DNA of 64,000 nucleotides, taken from the NCBI GenBank assembly GCA_964035545.1, contig OZ037768.1, positions 21,733,319-21,797,318 of the forward strand. The letters are read 5' to 3'. The position numbers and the translations under genes were made by a program. Positions 61,401-64,000 of this stretch are shown in pieces. The first letter of the stretch is position 1; each line of letters opens with the position of its first letter. This DNA is from Bugula neritina. Taxonomy: Eukaryota > Animalia > Bryozoa. The notes beneath the pieces are model-generated. The model was not told the DNA's origin. It did not search any database and worked only from the letters and a program-made list of their open reading frames with translations.

Positions 61401-63846
61401 GGTTTTAATAATTATTATTGGTATATTAGTAGTAGTTAGTGCTAGGAATAGGAAGATAAGGAGAGTAGTGGTAGTTGTACTGTAACTGTTAACTTGAATT
61501 TCACTTGCAGTAGAAATTATTATATATAAACTGGGAACATCAACAAGTAGAATTATTTAATTTTGAAATTTAAAATGTTTTTAAAGGCCAAATCAACATA
61601 ATTTCATTGTATAACTCACTCACTCACTCACTCACGCAAGTTTATAGTCGCTATCCTTGTGAGAAACCCCTGATAGAAAGGGTTTTTGTTTTAGCGGGCT
61701 AAGGACTTATTTAGATGGGCACAGGAGCAATTATGACTGAATGCCCTAACATCACCAATGGCCTTTGTCAGGGTTCGAACCCGTAACTTCGTGCTTACTA
61801 GGCAAACGCTCTAACCCCTAGACCACGGCTGCTCCCTACATAATTTCATTTTACATTACATATTAATTCTTGGTATTACTTGGCAGTTCTTTTTGTTCCA
61901 TTAAAGTTAATTAGGATATAATTAAATGAAGCGTCAATATTGGAAGTTGTGCCCTCTTTGCTACATCTGTCCATTTAGCCATATGAAACAAAAAAGGCAA
62001 TTCCCAATAGACTTAGCAAAATTTACTCTTCATGTAAGCTTGTGTACTTTTTCTGAGAAAAGTAGTGCGTTTTGGCATGCAGCTTATCTGTCTGTACTTG
62101 TAACAACTTGGGGTAAATCTCAGCCAATCTTATCACTCATTTGGTAGATCAAAAGCACCCTACACCAGCTTTACAACTGGTTTCTACAGGTATAGTATAA
62201 TAAGAACTCTTCTCTCAACATGTATGCATATGGTTGCTCTTTTATCGGGAGAAGGACAATATGTGAATTTTAATCATTGCAAAGTCACTTATGATTTTTA
62301 AGTGCGAGAAGAAAATTCTAATAGTTATAATTGCAAGCTGTTAGTATATTTTGGTTTTGGCAACTAATAGAAACTTATGGAAAGTAAAGTTATAGATGTT
62401 TAAAGGTCCCAGCTGAGTCACTGATGGACATCATCACAAAATTAACTGCGGTTCCGTTTATTGCATCTTGGTGCCGACGATTTCTATGAGCAAATTTGAA
62501 GTTGTCTTTCTAAATTGAACATCTTTTGGAATTGCTTCTTTAATTAGCACTCAGACTATGTTCAAGGTTCAGGTTATCACATGTTAAACTAACCACCTCA
62601 GGGCATATTAGTCACTGGCCTAGTAACTACTTCTTCCATTGTTTTAATTTTTTAAAATGCATAAAATTTTGCTGCATGATTTATTGGGTCAGGTATTGGG
62701 AGTTACCTGCTCTATACGTGGCACACTGTTCAATGACATAGTAAACCTCGTGTCGGTGGCTTTGTATTTGAGAAGATGAAGTGTATAAACATGATAAGCT
62801 TGGCATAAAATAGTGTTTCTGATAATTTAGAAGCTTGGCAAATTTAAATTTCAATGTTTTCACCTGCTTAGAATATCTTATTGCATTTTTTTTTAAATTA
62901 AGGAGATTATTAATTGAATCGGCTCAATTCCCCATCCTGTATATTTTGCTAATCATCCTTGATAAAATCACCTGCATTGTGAACAAGCGCCTGCTGGCTG
63001 TTGCTATTATGTCATTGCATGTGATAATTAAATTCCCATGATGTAATTTAATTTTTAGAGGTTTTTAATTCGCATCAACTAGTAAAATTACTATTTAGTA
63101 TTTTTTGTTTTTGATTGATTTGTAAAACTTTTACAACATCCAATAGTTTTGAATTAAGATGTGTGTAAGTTGTTGGGTATCACAGCTAAAGAGTGCGTGG
63201 CATGTACATAGTTACAACAACTGATATACTTTATATTCAGACCTTCTGCCACGCCTCCAGTCAAGCAGTCACTAAATCAGCTGAAAGCTACTAACGTGGA
63301 GAAGACACTAACGTCTGCAGCAAGTGTGCCTCAGCAACCTCAGCCTGTGGCCCCAGTGTCAGTGCAGCCCTTGACCAATATACATGTCCCTCTCAACAGT
63401 GTTAAACCAGGTGGGTGCAAGTGGAACCCAGGTTAGTTTTTCTATGGCCGGTAAATACTTCACTGTCCTTGACGTCTGTTACTCTGTACTCTATAGTTTA
63501 TGCTCTATGGTCTATATTGTATGGTCCATACTCTCTAGTTTACTGTTAACATTCTATGGTCTATACTCTACAGTCTATACTCTATATTATATAGTCTATG
63601 TTCTAGATACTCTACAGTCTATACTCTATCATATAGTCTATACTCTACGCTCATCACTCTACAGTCTGATGGATACTTGTAGGTGACCTGCCACCACTTG
63701 CTGTGTATGACAAGAACACTGTGAAGCTGGTTGTCCACTTTGCTCTGAACAAGCCGAGAGATGATGTGAATGTCATGGTCATATCTATTACGTCTCATAA
63801 AAACACACCAATCAAATCTGTTATATTTCAGGCCGCAGTTCCTAAG
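52498..63846 (+). CDS. GGA: ADP-ribosylation factor-binding protein GGA (VHS-GAT-hinge-GAE); 3' end beyond the window. Exons 52498-52531, 53065-53225, 53917-54015, 54491-54614, 55044-55192, 55394-55506, 55821-56014, 57108-57176, 57752-57817, 58294-58421, 58859-59068, 59976-60111, 60873-61014, 62148-62189, 63241-63410, 63683-63846
   Basis: VHS: DLDGPVTAARLLGHKIQSPQ, EIGKFRFLNEMIKMISPKYFG, KILDAYEMLKRQG. GAT: IFDDEDKSKLLAKLLRSKHPDDLQAANTLIKNMV, NNVKLLSEML, RPKLFRLASETED. Hinge: LEDLDFLGQDLLQ. GAE: VPLNSVKPG, VYDKN, FQAAVPK. Confidence 0.94.
53230..53440. repeat. 31-bp minisatellite CAGTCTAACTATACTGTACTACAGTGTTATT after a GGA donor
   Basis: About 7 copies. Confidence 0.88.
54622..54800. repeat. 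~22-bp repeat CAGTCTCAGTACTACTCACAGT after a GGA donor
   Basis: Direct reading. Confidence 0.8.
57880..58150. repeat. 29-bp minisatellite TAATAGTATAGTTACTGTGTAGTATATAC, ~9 copies
   Basis: Direct reading. Confidence 0.93.
59082..59256. repeat. (TACA)n / TACGTACAC microsatellite after a GGA donor
   Basis: Direct reading. Confidence 0.9.
60116..60315. repeat. 25-bp minisatellite CTAGTACTCTATACTCACTCTCTCA after a GGA donor
   Basis: About 8 copies. Confidence 0.88.
61013..61185. repeat. ~33-bp repeat (ATGTATGCTGTATGCTGTATGTATGATACGATAC) that begins at a GGA donor
   Basis: About 5 copies, each containing ATGTATG like the true junction. Confidence 0.88.
61614..61837 (-). mobile_element. tRNA-derived SINE, copy 3 (GGA intron), best preserved
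   Basis: Minus strand has A box TGGTCTAGGGG, B box GGTTCGAACCC and a (TGAG)n tail. Flanking direct repeat ACATAATTTCATT at 61596-61608 and 61838-61850 (TSD). Confidence 0.9.
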
Positions 63847-64000
63847 GTAGGGTGTACCAGGGTGTGCGTTTAGTCTTTGTTCTGTATCATTATTTTCCAG
63901 TTAGTTGAATATGTTGTAAGTAATGGCTGTGACACTAGTATATATTATGCTACATAATTGTGGTTTATATAGTTGTTTTTACTTGGTTAAGGCTGGTTCT

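Noticed and set aside
61614-61660. SINE mobilised by the CR1 in this window
   Set aside because: The 3' ends share only ATAAACT/TGAG; there is no extended homology.

Overview
AT-rich, intron-rich animal (invertebrate-like) genomic DNA; the taxon cannot be fixed from the sequence alone. Six spliced protein-coding genes can be rebuilt by hand with phase-consistent GT-AG exons. (1) The 5' part of an ERG/KCNH2-family K+ channel (minus, runs off the left edge). (2) DPH1 (plus, head-to-head with KCNH). (3) A SELENOI/EPT1 ethanolamine phosphotransferase with no Sec codon (plus); its first intron holds a full-length, two-ORF intact CR1-type LINE in antisense. (4) NRBF2/Atg38 (minus, tail-to-tail with EPT1), preceded on the same strand by an unrecognised 82-aa ORF. 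(5) Anoctamin-8-like (minus). (6) A GGA clathrin adaptor (plus, head-to-head with ANO8, runs off the right edge). Also present: 3-4 copies of a tRNA-derived SINE, two MITE-like elements and many intronic minisatellites. The least-explained signals are: a degenerate 6-bp-phased tract carrying the exact 13-mer TATCAGTATGAGT near the 5' end of five transcription units; the small ORF that appears to share a promoter with NRBF2; and minisatellites that sit against, and sometimes duplicate, splice junctions. All coordinates were read by eye and may be off by a few bases.
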